Source: an uncultured Chloroflexia bacterium
Lineage (GTDB): Bacteria > Chloroflexota > Limnocylindria > Limnocylindrales > CSP1-4
Length of the DNA: 64,000 nt
Direction: 5' to 3'
Assembly (NCBI GenBank): GCA_963807035.1
Contig: CAWEAL010000003.1
Location: forward strand, 569,782 to 633,781
Of the stretch, positions 9,988 to 19,595 are shown piece after piece. Made by a program: the position numbers and the translations under genes. The notes below the pieces were generated by a model, which did not search any database, was not told the DNA's origin, and worked only from the letters and a program-made list of their open reading frames with translations. Each line of letters starts with the position of its first letter. Within the stretch, counting starts at the first letter, position 1.

Positions 9988-10755
9988 TCAGGCGCGTGCC
10001 CGGCGCGATTCGCGGTACCACGGGATCGCCAGGCGTTCGGCGAGCCCGACCAGCAGCCACAGGACCAGCGTCAGGACCGCCGTCACCAGGATCGCCCCGA
10101 AGACGAGGTCCGTCCTGAACAGGTTCTTGCTCAGGATGATCCAGATCCCCAGGCCGTTCACCGCGCCGACCTGCTCGCCGAAGATCGCTCCGATCACGGC
10201 ATACGTCACCGCGATCCGCAGGCCGGTGAAGAACGACGGCAGGGCGCCCGGCAGGCGCAGCTTGACCAGGACCTGGAGGCGGCTCGCGCCCATCGTCTGG
10301 AGCAGGCTGGCCGCGTCGCTCGGCGTTCCGGCCAGGCCGTCGAGGAGGGCCACCGTCACCGGGAAGAACGTGACCAGGACGACGACGAGGACCTTGGGCA
10401 CGAGCCCCAGCCCGAACCAGATCACGAGCAGGGGAGCGACCGCCACGATCGGGATTGTCTGGCTGGCGACGAGGAGCGGGTAGACCGCTCGCCGGACCCA
10501 GCCGATCGAATCCATCACCAGCGCCGTCGCGACTGCGAAGACGACCGAGACGCTGAAGCCGACGACCGTCTCGAGCAGGGTCGTCAGGGCGTGCTCGGCG
10601 GCGACGGCCCGGGCATCCCACAGGGCGCCCAGGATCCGGCTCGGCGCAGGCAGGACGATCGGATCGATCGCCAGCGCCCGGGCGAGCAGCTCCCAGATGG
10701 CCACGATCGCGGCCACGATCAGGACGCTCGGCGATCCCCGGCGCAGGGCGTTCAC
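9988..10755 (-). CDS. ABC transporter permease, thiamine/HMP precursor (ThiX-like)
   Basis: LPAPSRI, SQTIPIVAVAPLL, MGASRLQVL..LRLPGALPSFF (EAA loop), GAIFGE; downstream of an NMT1-type SBP and a TPP riboswitch. Confidence 0.88.
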   Translation of the reverse strand: MNALRRGSPSVLIVAAIVAIWELLARALAIDPIVLPAPSRILGALWDARAVAAEHALTTLLETVVGFSVSVVFAVATALVMDSIGWVRRAVYPLLVASQTIPIVAVAPLLVIWFGLGLVPKVLVVVLVTFFPVTVALLDGLAGTPSDAASLLQTMGASRLQVLVKLRLPGALPSFFTGLRIAVTYAVIGAIFGEQVGAVNGLGIWIILSKNLFRTDLVFGAILVTAVLTLVLWLLVGLAERLAIPWYRESRRARA

Positions 10756-10768
10756 GGCAGGCGCGTCC

Positions 10769-11890
10769 TCACGGCAGGTAGGCGTTCGTGAAGTAGGTCG
10801 AGAAGTCGGGCCGGGTCGTGAGCGGCTTGCCATCCGGGCCGGCCAGGACGCCCAGGTCGTAGAGGTAGCCGGAGGATGCATTCCAGGTCGCGAGCGTCTG
10901 CGGCCCGACGACCCCGGCGGCGTCGACGTACAGCTTCTGGGCCGCCAGGAAGTCTGCACTGTCGCGAGGCAGGGCCGGGTTCGCGTCGAAGACGCCCGGA
11001 TTGGCCGCGATCAGCTCGTTCGCGGCGGTCGCCGGATCGCTGGCCGCGAGCTGGAAGCCGCGCACCGTCGCCGCCAGGAATCGGCGGGCGACGTCGCCGT
11101 TGGCGGCCAGCCAGGCGTTGTTGCAGACGAGCACGACGGCGTACTCGTCGGGCAGCCCGTAGTCGGTGAAGGCGAACGTCCGGAGGGCGATCCCGCGCTC
11201 CTTGGCCTCGATCGCCTCCCACGCGCTGAAGGTGATCGCCATGTCGGCTTTGCCCGCGTACAGCGCTTCATAGGCAGCCGTGTCGAGGGTCACCGTGGTG
11301 AAGACGCCCTTGCCGCCGTCCGCCTTGATCACAGCGCTCAGGAGCGGACCCTCCTGGGGCGAGCCAAACCCTGCATAGACCTTGCCGTCCATGTCGCGTG
11401 GCCTGGTGATCGGTCCGCTGGCGAGCACCGCGATCTCGCTGGCCATGTGCTGCAGGATCGCCATCACCGACTGCTCCTTCTCCCCGGCGGCGATCGCGAA
11501 GGTGGCGCCTTCCTCGGTGCTGATCCCGCAGTCGGCCTGACCGGCCCCGACGAGCGTCTCGGGATTGGCGCTCGCGTAGGGGATCAGCTTCAGATCGATC
11601 GCCTGCTGGGCATACCAACCGTTGTACTGGGCGACGTAGAAGCCGGTGTGGTTCGTGTTCGGGGTCCAATCCAGGGCGAGCGTCACCGTGGCGGTCGCCG
11701 GGAGGGGCGTGGCCGATCGCGAGGCGGGGGCCGAGGCGGGCCCCGGGGCCGAGGCCGCGCCGGAGGGTTGGGAGGGCGGGACGCTCGGGCCGATCGTCGG
11801 CGTCGGGCTCGTCGAGCTGCTCGCGCAGCCGCTGGCGACGAGTGCGGTGACCGCGGCGACGGACGCGAGCCGGCGGAGGTTGACTGGCAT
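10769..11890 (-). CDS. NMT1/THI5-like ABC substrate-binding lipoprotein (ThiY-like)
   Basis: Lipobox-like VASGC, Pro/Ser/Ala linker, LDWTPNTNHTGFYVA signature, C-terminal FTNAYLP. Confidence 0.9.
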   Translation of the reverse strand: MPVNLRRLASVAAVTALVASGCASSSTSPTPTIGPSVPPSQPSGAASAPGPASAPASRSATPLPATATVTLALDWTPNTNHTGFYVAQYNGWYAQQAIDLKLIPYASANPETLVGAGQADCGISTEEGATFAIAAGEKEQSVMAILQHMASEIAVLASGPITRPRDMDGKVYAGFGSPQEGPLLSAVIKADGGKGVFTTVTLDTAAYEALYAGKADMAITFSAWEAIEAKERGIALRTFAFTDYGLPDEYAVVLVCNNAWLAANGDVARRFLAATVRGFQLAASDPATAANELIAANPGVFDANPALPRDSADFLAAQKLYVDAAGVVGPQTLATWNASSGYLYDLGVLAGPDGKPLTTRPDFSTYFTNAYLP

Positions 11891-11961
11891 GTGACCGTGA
11901 CTCCACGACATGAGACGACGAACGCCACCCCCGGGCGGTGGGGACGGCGTCGAGTCGACGG

Positions 11962-12056
11962 TCTGCCTGCTCCCTACGCCGGTACGAGCCGGTTCAGGTT
12001 CGGCGGGTCTGTGGTCGGGCCACACTCTCAGCGCGTTCGGCGCTCCCCGGAGGCGT
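11962..12056 (-). ncRNA. TPP riboswitch
   Basis: Minus strand reads GCCUCCGGGGAGCGCC..GCGCUGAGAG...AGACCCGCCGAACCUGAACCGGCUCGUACCGGCGUAGGGAGC, containing the canonical UGAGA, GACCC, AACCUGA and GCGUAGGGA elements upstream of a ThiY-like gene. A TAAGAT -10-like box sits at 12071-12076. Confidence 0.95.
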
Positions 12057-12378
12057 ATGCAATTGGCCCGATCTTACACGTGCCGGCCATTCGTGCCATT
12101 CGACGGCCGCCGATGGTCGGGGCCAGCCGGCTGGATCTGCACGCGGTGAAGACATCCGGCGAATCGGCGGCCCAGGCTCGTCATTCCCCTGCACTCTGTG
12201 AAGGAAGGCGACGAGACCGGTCCAGATCACGACGATCCTCTTCGGGTCGTGCAGAGATGGAGCGGGGTGGATCCCCCACGCGCCCGAATCGCGTCGGGTG
12301 TCTGCATCAGCCGAAGACCCAGCCCGACGTCGCTGCTGGCGGCCGGAACCCGGCAGGGGTGATGCCATAATGGGTGCG

Positions 12379-13963
12379 ATGGCCACCGAGACGAAGCCGA
12401 GCACGCCCGCGGCCGGCGCCCCGACTCCGGGAACGGCCGGCACGCCGGTCCCTGCCGCGACTGGCGGGCCCGCCGGCCACCACGCCCCGAACAGCTGGGG
12501 CCTCGGTGATGGCCAGGCGATCCCCTGGGAGTACGCCCCGGCGCCCGAGTCGCGCGAGATCGTCACGATCCGCGACGCGCTACGGCCTGATGATCGGCGG
12601 CAAGGAAGTTGCCGCCTCGGATGGGGCCACATTCACGACGATCGACCCGGCCACCGAGGAGCCGCTGGCCGAGATCGCCCGGGCCACCGAGGCTGACGTC
12701 GACACGGCGGTCCGCGCCGCACGCCAGGCCCAGTCGAAGACCTGGGGCAAGCTGCCCGGCCGGGAGCGCGCCAAGTACCTGTTCCGGATCGCCCGACTCC
12801 TCCAGGAGCGGCGCGCGAGTTCGCCGTCCTGGAGATCGATCGACTCGGGCAAGCCGATCAAGGAGTCGCGCGACGTCGACGTGCCGCTGGCGGCCGCCCA
12901 CTTCTGGTACTACGCGGGCTGGGCCGACAAGCTCGACTACGCCTTTCCGGGTCGCGTCGCCCGGCCACTCGGGGTCGCCGCCCAGGTGATCCCCTGGAAC
13001 TTCCCGCTGCTGATGCTCGCCTGGAAGATCGCCCCGGCACTGGCGGCCGGCAACACGGTCGTCCTCAAGCCGGCCAGCACCACGCCGCTCACGGCGCTCC
13101 TCTTCGCCGACCTCTGCCGGCAGGCCGACCTGCCGCCGGGCGTGGTCAACATCGTCACCGGACCGGGCGAGATCGGGATGGCCCTCGTGACCCACCCCGA
13201 CGTGGACAAGGTCGCCTTCACCGGTTCGACCGCGGTCGGCCGGAAGATCGCCCAGGGCATCGCCGGCCAGGGCAAGGCGCTGACCCTCGAGCTCGGCGGC
13301 AAGGCCGCCAACATCGTCTTCGACGACGCGCCGCTCGACCAGGCCGTCGAGGGGATCGTCAACGGGATCTACTTCAACCAGGGCGAGGTGTGCTGCGCCG
13401 GCAGCCGCCTGCTCGTCCAGGAGTCGATCGCCGAGCTGCTGATCGCCAAGCTCAAGGACCGCCTGTCGACGATCCGGGTCGGCGATCCGCTCGACAAGAA
13501 CACCGACGTCGGGGCGATCAACAGCAGGGCCCAGCTCGACAAGATCAGCGAGCTCGTGGCCTCCGGGGTGGCCGAGGGCGCCGACCTGTACCAGCCCGCC
13601 TGCGAGCTGCCTGAGCGCGGCTACTTCTTCCGGCCGACCCTGTTCACCAACGTGGCCCAGAGCCACCGGATCGCCCGCGAGGAGATCTTCGGCCCGGTCC
13701 TGTCGATCCTCACCTTCCGGACCCCGGACGAGGCCGTCGAGAAGGCCAACAACACTCCCTACGGCCTGTCGGCCGGGGTCTGGACCGACAAGGGCTCACG
13801 GATCCTGATGATGGCCCGCCGGATGCGGGCCGGCGTCGTGTGGGCGAACACGTTCAACAAGTTCGACCCGACCTCGCCCTTCGGCGGCTACAAGGAGTCG
13901 GGCTACGGCCGCGAGGGCGGCCTCCACGGCCTGCAGGCCTACGTCCGCCTCGAGGACCGCTGA
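12379..13963 (+). CDS. Aldehyde dehydrogenase, deoC-associated type (indels near 12578 and 12810-12835)
   Basis: WEYAPAPES N-terminus, PWNFPL, LKPA, FTGST, ELGGK, catalytic FNQGEVCCAG, EEIFGPV, PFGGYKESG. Confidence 0.93.
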
Positions 13964-14872
13964 ATGCCGAGCGTGCGCCTCGGCCGGAGCGACCGGATCG
14001 ACGTCCGCAAGACGTACAAGCTGTACGTCGGCGGCGCATTCCCGCGCTCCGAGTCCGGTCGAACGTACCTGGTCAGCACCCCCAAGGGCGAGGAGCTCGC
14101 GAACGCGAGTCGCGCCTCGCGCAAGGACCTTCGCGATGCCGTCCGCGCGGCACGCAAGGCCTTCGAGCCGTGGGCTGCCCGAACGGCAATGAACCGTGGC
14201 CAGGTCCTGTACCGGGTCGCCGAGCTGATGGAGGGACGGCGCGACCAGTTCGTCACCGAGGTGGCCGCGGCCGAAGGCCTGTCGAGCCGCCGGGCGGCCA
14301 GGCTCGTCGACCAGGCGATCGACCGCTGGGTCTGGTACGCCGGCTGGGCCGACAAGATCGCCCAGGTCCTGGGCTCGTCGAACCCGGTGGCGGCCCCCTA
14401 CTTCAACTTCACGATCCCGGAGCCGACCGGGGTGGTCGGCCTCGTCGCGCCGGAGTCGAGCTCGCTGCTCGGCCTGGTCAGCCGGCTCGCCCCGGTGCTC
14501 GTCTCGGGGAACGTCGCCGTCGTCCTCGCTTCGGAGACCCGGCCGCTCCCGGCCGTGACCCTCGGCGAGGTCCTGGAAACGAGCGACGTACCGGGCGGCG
14601 TGGTCAACCTGCTGACCGGCCTGAAGCGGGAGCTCGTCCCCGTCCTGGCCGCCCACGTGGATGTCGACGCGGTCGACACCTGGGGCGTGGCCGAGGACAC
14701 CCAGGCCGCCGTCGAAGTCTCCGCCGCCGAGTCGATCAAGCGGATCGCCCGCCGGCCGCGGGGAGTGGCGGACGCGGCCTTCGACTGGAGCGACGACCGC
14801 GCCGCCCAGCGTCCCGAGTGGATCGCCGCCTTCCTCGAGATGAAGACGGTCTGGCATCCGATCGGCGCCTGA
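13964..14872 (+). CDS. Truncated ALDH-like partner protein with no catalytic domain
   Basis: RIDVRKTYKLYVGGAFPRSESGR, WVWYAGWADK, EPTGVV, GGVVNLLTG, KTVWHPIGA; lacks ELGG and the catalytic Cys region; abuts the ALDH stop. Confidence 0.88.
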   Translation: MPSVRLGRSDRIDVRKTYKLYVGGAFPRSESGRTYLVSTPKGEELANASRASRKDLRDAVRAARKAFEPWAARTAMNRGQVLYRVAELMEGRRDQFVTEVAAAEGLSSRRAARLVDQAIDRWVWYAGWADKIAQVLGSSNPVAAPYFNFTIPEPTGVVGLVAPESSSLLGLVSRLAPVLVSGNVAVVLASETRPLPAVTLGEVLETSDVPGGVVNLLTGLKRELVPVLAAHVDVDAVDTWGVAEDTQAAVEVSAAESIKRIARRPRGVADAAFDWSDDRAAQRPEWIAAFLEMKTVWHPIGA

Positions 14873-14944
14873 GCGGACGCGTCGCTTGCGCGATCCGGAC
14901 CGACCCCGCCGACCAGCCCACTGATTCGACCGAGCCAGCTCGCG

Positions 14945-15448
14945 ATGCCGGTACCGCGACCCGCCCGGCCGCCCGACCTCCTCGAGCGGCTGACCTACAT
15001 CCAGGCACCGCCTCGGGCCGTCTGGACCACGCTCCATGATCCGGCCGCCCAGGACACCCTGTTCCCGGAGCTCCAGCTCGGCTCGCCCGCGCCGAGCTGG
15101 CCCGCGGCGGGGGCGACCCGCCCGGCCCGGCTGCGCCTCGGCCTGCTGGCCGCCCACGTCCGGCTGGAGAGCCTCGAGGCGCGCCCCGACGCCCGGTTCC
15201 AGCTGATCCTGGTCGGCGACGGGATCCGGCTCCAGCGGGGCTGGTACCTGGACGAGGTCGCCGGCGGAACCCGGGTGGCCGCGACGGCCGGGCTGACCAC
15301 GACCGGCCGCTGGACGGTGCTCCTGATCGGTCTCGGACGTGGCTCGGCGGCAAGCGTGATCGAGACCCACCTGCGGATCCTCAAGGAGATGGCCGAGGGA
15401 GCCCGGTCGATGCCCGAACCCGCCCGGCCCACGAGCGGGCGGCCCTGA
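14945..15448 (+). CDS. SRPBCC-fold family protein
   Basis: YIQAPPRAVW N-terminal pattern, GGTRV strand, C-terminal helix LRILKEMAE. Confidence 0.6.
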   Translation: MPVPRPARPPDLLERLTYIQAPPRAVWTTLHDPAAQDTLFPELQLGSPAPSWPAAGATRPARLRLGLLAAHVRLESLEARPDARFQLILVGDGIRLQRGWYLDEVAGGTRVAATAGLTTTGRWTVLLIGLGRGSAASVIETHLRILKEMAEGARSMPEPARPTSGRP

Positions 15449-16468
15449 TTGCCCCCTGCGATCATCCTGCTGCTCCTGGTTGCAGCGGTCCTCCACGCGA
15501 CCTGGAACGTCCTGCTCAAGACGGCCAGCGACCCACTCAGAACGGCCGGCCGGGGGATGCTCGTCGGGGCCGGCTTCCTGGTGCCGATCGCCACCGCGGG
15601 TTGGCTGCTGACCGGCCGGCCGGCGATCCCCGATCCAGCCTGGCGCCTGGCGGTCCTGTCGGGCGTCTTCGAGGCGGCCTATTTCGTGTTCCTGTCGGCG
15701 GCCTACCGGCGGGGCGACCTGTCGCTCGTCTACCCGATCGCGCGGGGCACCGCACCGGTCCTGTCGGTCGCCGCCGGCGTGCTGATCCTGGGTGAGCGGC
15801 TCGGGCTCCCGGGCTGGATCGGCGTCGGCCTCCTGCTCATCGGCATCCTGTCGCTCCAGCGCCCGTGGGCGGTCTTCCGGCGGAGCAGCACGATGCCCCG
15901 TCACCTGCGCGAGGCGGCCGTCTTCGCCCTGCTGACCGGGGTGACGATCACGTCCTACTCGGCCGTCGACACCGAAGGCGCCCGCCTGATCGACCCGCTC
16001 TTCTACGCGGCACTCCTGTGGACGTTCACAACGATCTTCCTGCTCGGCTGGATCGGTCTTGTCGCCGGTCGCGACCGACGACGGGCGGCGGCGTTCGGCC
16101 CGACCGTTGGCGCCGAGGCGGCCCTGCCCCTCACGGCAGACGCCGGGCCGTCCGATCGGGCTCGCCCGGAGCGCGACGTCCGTCCGCCGGCCGACCCGGG
16201 TTCGATCGGGCGGCTCCTCGGCCGGCCCTGGCTGCGTGCCGGGATCGGCGGCCTGATCACCGTGGCCGCCTACCTGTTCGTCCTGGTTGCCTACCGCTAC
16301 GCGCCGCTCACCGCGGTCGCGCCGCTGCGCGAGTCGGCGATCGTGATCATCAGCGGCTGGGGTTCCTTCCGCCTCAAGGAAGCGAGCAGCCGGCGCGACG
16401 CGGCGACCCGGATATCCGTCGCGTCGCTGATCGTGATCGGCGCCGTCCTGCTCGCGGCCGAAGGCTGA
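15449..16468 (+). CDS. EamA/DMT family transporter
   Basis: AVLHATWN, AYRRGDLSLVYPIARG, YSAVD, APLRES; about ten TM segments. Confidence 0.9.
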   Translation: MPPAIILLLLVAAVLHATWNVLLKTASDPLRTAGRGMLVGAGFLVPIATAGWLLTGRPAIPDPAWRLAVLSGVFEAAYFVFLSAAYRRGDLSLVYPIARGTAPVLSVAAGVLILGERLGLPGWIGVGLLLIGILSLQRPWAVFRRSSTMPRHLREAAVFALLTGVTITSYSAVDTEGARLIDPLFYAALLWTFTTIFLLGWIGLVAGRDRRRAAAFGPTVGAEAALPLTADAGPSDRARPERDVRPPADPGSIGRLLGRPWLRAGIGGLITVAAYLFVLVAYRYAPLTAVAPLRESAIVIISGWGSFRLKEASSRRDAATRISVASLIVIGAVLLAAEG

Positions 16469-16495
16469 GGCCCAGGCCGGTTCAGCCCGTCGGGC

Positions 16496-19408
16496 TCAGC
16501 GGAAGTAGCCGGTCACGTCGAGGATCAGCTGGGTCGTCTTCCCGGTCGGGGCCTTGTAGACGAACGAGGCGTCACCGCTCGAGTCCAGCGGGCCGAAGAC
16601 GCCGTTCGCCCGGTTGTCGCCGGCCGGGAAGTTCAGGGTGGAGGTCGTCGGGCTGGTCGTCGGGTCGGGCGTCATTGCGACGAAGCCGGCCGAGGTCTGG
16701 CCGGTCACGGTCAGGTTGCCGGTGACCGCGCCGGCATCGGCGGGCACGCCCCAGTGGGCACCGATCGACAGGGTTCGCGCGACGCTGGCCGAAAAGGCAC
16801 CGGTCAGTCCGGAGTTGGCCACGCCCGTCCTGGTGTCCATCACCCGGCCCGGGTTGAGCGGGTAGTAGCTCAACCCACCGGTCAGGCCGGGTCCGAAGTA
16901 GCCGGTGATGTCGAGCACGACGTCGGTGCTCGCCCCGGCCACGGCGACGTACACGATCGAGAGCTGGCCGCTCGTGTTCAGCCGGGCGGCGAAGCCGTTC
17001 GCCCGGTTGTCGCCGACGGGGAAGTTCAGGTTCGAGGACCCTGGCGTGCCCGGCGGGGGGTCGGGGCTGATCGAGAGATAGCCCGCCCGGGTCTGGTTCG
17101 TCACGGTCAGGTTGCCGGTGATCGCCGTGGCCGTGGTCGGGATCGTCACGCCGTCGCCGATCGTGAACGTCTGGGGCACGCCGGCCAGGAACTTCGCCGG
17201 CAGATCGCCCGGCTGGCCGGTGCCGGAGCGCGAGTCGAGGGCACGGAACGGGGGAATCGGCAGGTACGTCGCCTGGCCCGCGCCGGTCACGAAATAGCCG
17301 GTCACGTCGAACACGAGATCGGTCGTCTTGCCGCTGACGGCCTTGTACACGGCGGACAGCCGGCCCTGGGCGCTGAGCGGGATCGTCACGTTGTTCGCCC
17401 GGTTGTCGCCGACCGGGAAGTTCAGGGTCGACGAGCCCGGCGTGTTCGTCGGGTCGGGCGTGAGCGCGACATAGCCGGCAGCGGTCTGGCGGGTCACGGT
17501 CAGGTTGCCGGTGACCGCGACCGCGTTCGCTGGGATCGGGCCCAGGCCGGCGACCTGGAACGTTCGGGCGACGTTCGCGCTGAATTTGCCGGCCAGGCTC
17601 GACAGGCCCGAGCCATCCCGGCTGTCGACGATCCGGACCGGGCCGATCGCGACGTACGTCGCGGCGGCGGTCGTGCCGAGCTGGTCGACGAAGGTCGTCC
17701 AGCCGGCGGCGCCGCTCGAGGCGTTCGCCTGCCAGACGGCCGCCCCGACCTGGGAATCCTGGCCCAGCCCGAGGTAGGCGCCCCACGAGGCGCCGGCATA
17801 GGTGCTCGTGCCAGCCGCCAGCCGGACCGGCGGGCTGATCGTGTTGGCGGCGTCGCCCCGGCGCTGGTACTGCTGATAGGACGATACGTAGTTCGAGCCG
17901 CTCGAGCCGGACTGCGAGTAGACGATGTCGAGGGTGCCGTCGCCGGCCAGGCCGATCCCCGGCAGGTAGCTGTCGAAGCCGCTCCTGGCCAGCAGGAAGT
18001 CCTGGCCGGCGGTCGGCTCGGTCGAGGGCGAGTCGGTCGTGGCGACCTGGGTCAGCCGGACGCAGTCACGCTGGCTGGTGTCGCCGCTCGGGGTGCACGG
18101 ATAGGTCGTCGCCCAGGTCAGCCGACCGGCCTGCCACAGGGCGTCCTGGGTGAATCCATCGACGCCGTTGGCGATCGTGGCCGGCGAGCCGGGCTGGTGC
18201 GGGTCGGCCGGGTTCCCGAACGGGGCCACGATCCCGTCGTTGGTCAGGTCCCAGCTGCCGGCGACGCTTACCGGGAGCGTCTTCGTCGTCGTCCCGGTGA
18301 AGGCGGTGACGATCACGTCGCCGACGGCATCGACGTTCAGCTCCGGGTCGACCGCCGTTGCCCGGGCGACCACATACAGGGTCGGGCTCGTGGCCGGGAC
18401 CTGGCTGGCAGCCCGCGTCCCGTAGGTGAGCGGGCCGCTGGCACCGGACGTGGCAAATTCGGTCGCGATCGGGCTGCTCGCATCGTTGGCCAGGAGATCC
18501 GACCAGTTGGCGATCAGCACGTCCCCGGCGTAGGGAGCGAGCGTGGCCGGGGCAGCGCACGAGCCGTCGCCCGAACCGCCGTCGCCCTGGGTCATCGCGG
18601 CCAGGTTGTCTGACAGGGCGAGCTTGTCGGTCGATGTCCCGATCGACGGGTCCTGGGGCACCCTGTCGTTGTACCGCCAGAAGAACAGGTTCCACCTGCC
18701 GGTCGGATCGTTCGTCACCGAGACGGCCAGGTCGAGGTAGCCGTGGCCGTACTCGACCGGGCCGCCGGGATCGGATGGATCGGGGTTGCAGTCCCAGCTC
18801 GTTTCGGTCGCGACGAACCGGCCGTGCAGGCTGTCGTAGATGACCCGCGGCTGGGCGTCGAAGAAGCCCGAAGGCAGGACGAAGAAGCTCGGGATCGGGA
18901 TGTCGGCGGCCTGCGGGGTCCCGCTCCGGTCGGTGATCCGCATCACCATGTTCGCGACCTGGACGACCTGCTCGGGGCCGACCGCGATCGTCGAATTGGC
19001 GGGCTCGCTGCCGGCCTTCGGCTGGTCGCTCTCGGCCAGCCCGGTGAAGCCTGCCTGGTGGTTGTCGGGAGCGCCGCTGGAGGTGGCCGGGACCGGGCTC
19101 GGTGCGGCGAACGGCCGGATCGTGGCGGCATCCGGGTGACCGGCCCCGGCAACCGGCCGGGTCGTCGTGCCGCCGGCCCGTCCACCGCTCGGCCGGGCGG
19201 CCAGGATCCGATGTTCCGAGGGCGTGCCCGTCGCGTAGCGCTGCCCGGCGGGGGTCCCGAGGAGGGTCCAGGGCGACGTCCCGGCGGCGGCGATCGAGCG
19301 CGGCGCGGGCGTCGCCGTCGTGGCCAGCGCGGGCCCCGGGCTGATCGGTCCGAGCAGCGCTGCCATGACGACCAGGCCGATCAGCCGGCCGGTCCTGTGC
19401 TGGTTCAT
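16496..19408 (-). CDS. Large secreted/surface protein with three C-terminal repeats of about 125 aa
   Basis: Signal-peptide-like MNQHRTGRLIGLVVMAALLG after a GAGGAG SD; Thr/Ser/Gly-rich; three repeats PxRxxD[ST]R...LNFPxGDNRAN...D[VI]TGYF. Confidence 0.85.
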   Translation of the reverse strand: MNQHRTGRLIGLVVMAALLGPISPGPALATTATPAPRSIAAAGTSPWTLLGTPAGQRYATGTPSEHRILAARPSGGRAGGTTTRPVAGAGHPDAATIRPFAAPSPVPATSSGAPDNHQAGFTGLAESDQPKAGSEPANSTIAVGPEQVVQVANMVMRITDRSGTPQAADIPIPSFFVLPSGFFDAQPRVIYDSLHGRFVATETSWDCNPDPSDPGGPVEYGHGYLDLAVSVTNDPTGRWNLFFWRYNDRVPQDPSIGTSTDKLALSDNLAAMTQGDGGSGDGSCAAPATLAPYAGDVLIANWSDLLANDASSPIATEFATSGASGPLTYGTRAASQVPATSPTLYVVARATAVDPELNVDAVGDVIVTAFTGTTTKTLPVSVAGSWDLTNDGIVAPFGNPADPHQPGSPATIANGVDGFTQDALWQAGRLTWATTYPCTPSGDTSQRDCVRLTQVATTDSPSTEPTAGQDFLLARSGFDSYLPGIGLAGDGTLDIVYSQSGSSGSNYVSSYQQYQRRGDAANTISPPVRLAAGTSTYAGASWGAYLGLGQDSQVGAAVWQANASSGAAGWTTFVDQLGTTAAATYVAIGPVRIVDSRDGSGLSSLAGKFSANVARTFQVAGLGPIPANAVAVTGNLTVTRQTAAGYVALTPDPTNTPGSSTLNFPVGDNRANNVTIPLSAQGRLSAVYKAVSGKTTDLVFDVTGYFVTGAGQATYLPIPPFRALDSRSGTGQPGDLPAKFLAGVPQTFTIGDGVTIPTTATAITGNLTVTNQTRAGYLSISPDPPPGTPGSSNLNFPVGDNRANGFAARLNTSGQLSIVYVAVAGASTDVVLDITGYFGPGLTGGLSYYPLNPGRVMDTRTGVANSGLTGAFSASVARTLSIGAHWGVPADAGAVTGNLTVTGQTSAGFVAMTPDPTTSPTTSTLNFPAGDNRANGVFGPLDSSGDASFVYKAPTGKTTQLILDVTGYFR
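16499..17660 (-). repeat. Three intragenic domain repeats (about 390 bp period)
   Basis: Near-identical DNA TTCGCCCGGTTGTCGCCG..[C]GGGAAGTTCAGG recurs near 16605, 16998 and 17394; GTCACGGTCAGGTTGCCGGTGA also recurs three times. Confidence 0.9.
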
Positions 19409-19595
19409 CGGCTCCTCTCGCCCCCGGTCGCGGCGTCGTGCCGCGGCCCAGCCTACCAGCCGAATTGCGATCCGGCTGGTAGGTCCGGCCCTTCCCAGCG
19501 GCCGGGATACGGCCGGGGTGGGCGCCGGCCGCAGCCGCCCGGCTACGATGGGGGCCGACAGGTGCGCTCGAGGGGCGCCGCTCACGGGAGGTTCG

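Noticed and set aside
12253-12312. GAGATGGAG as a fluoride riboswitch
   Set aside because: The pairing partner and downstream GCUGAUGAC element are not present on the same strand, and no fluoride-related gene is adjacent.
16499-17660. Recurring 30-bp sequences as a CRISPR-like array
   Set aside because: Period of about 390 bp, in frame within one protein; these are domain repeats.
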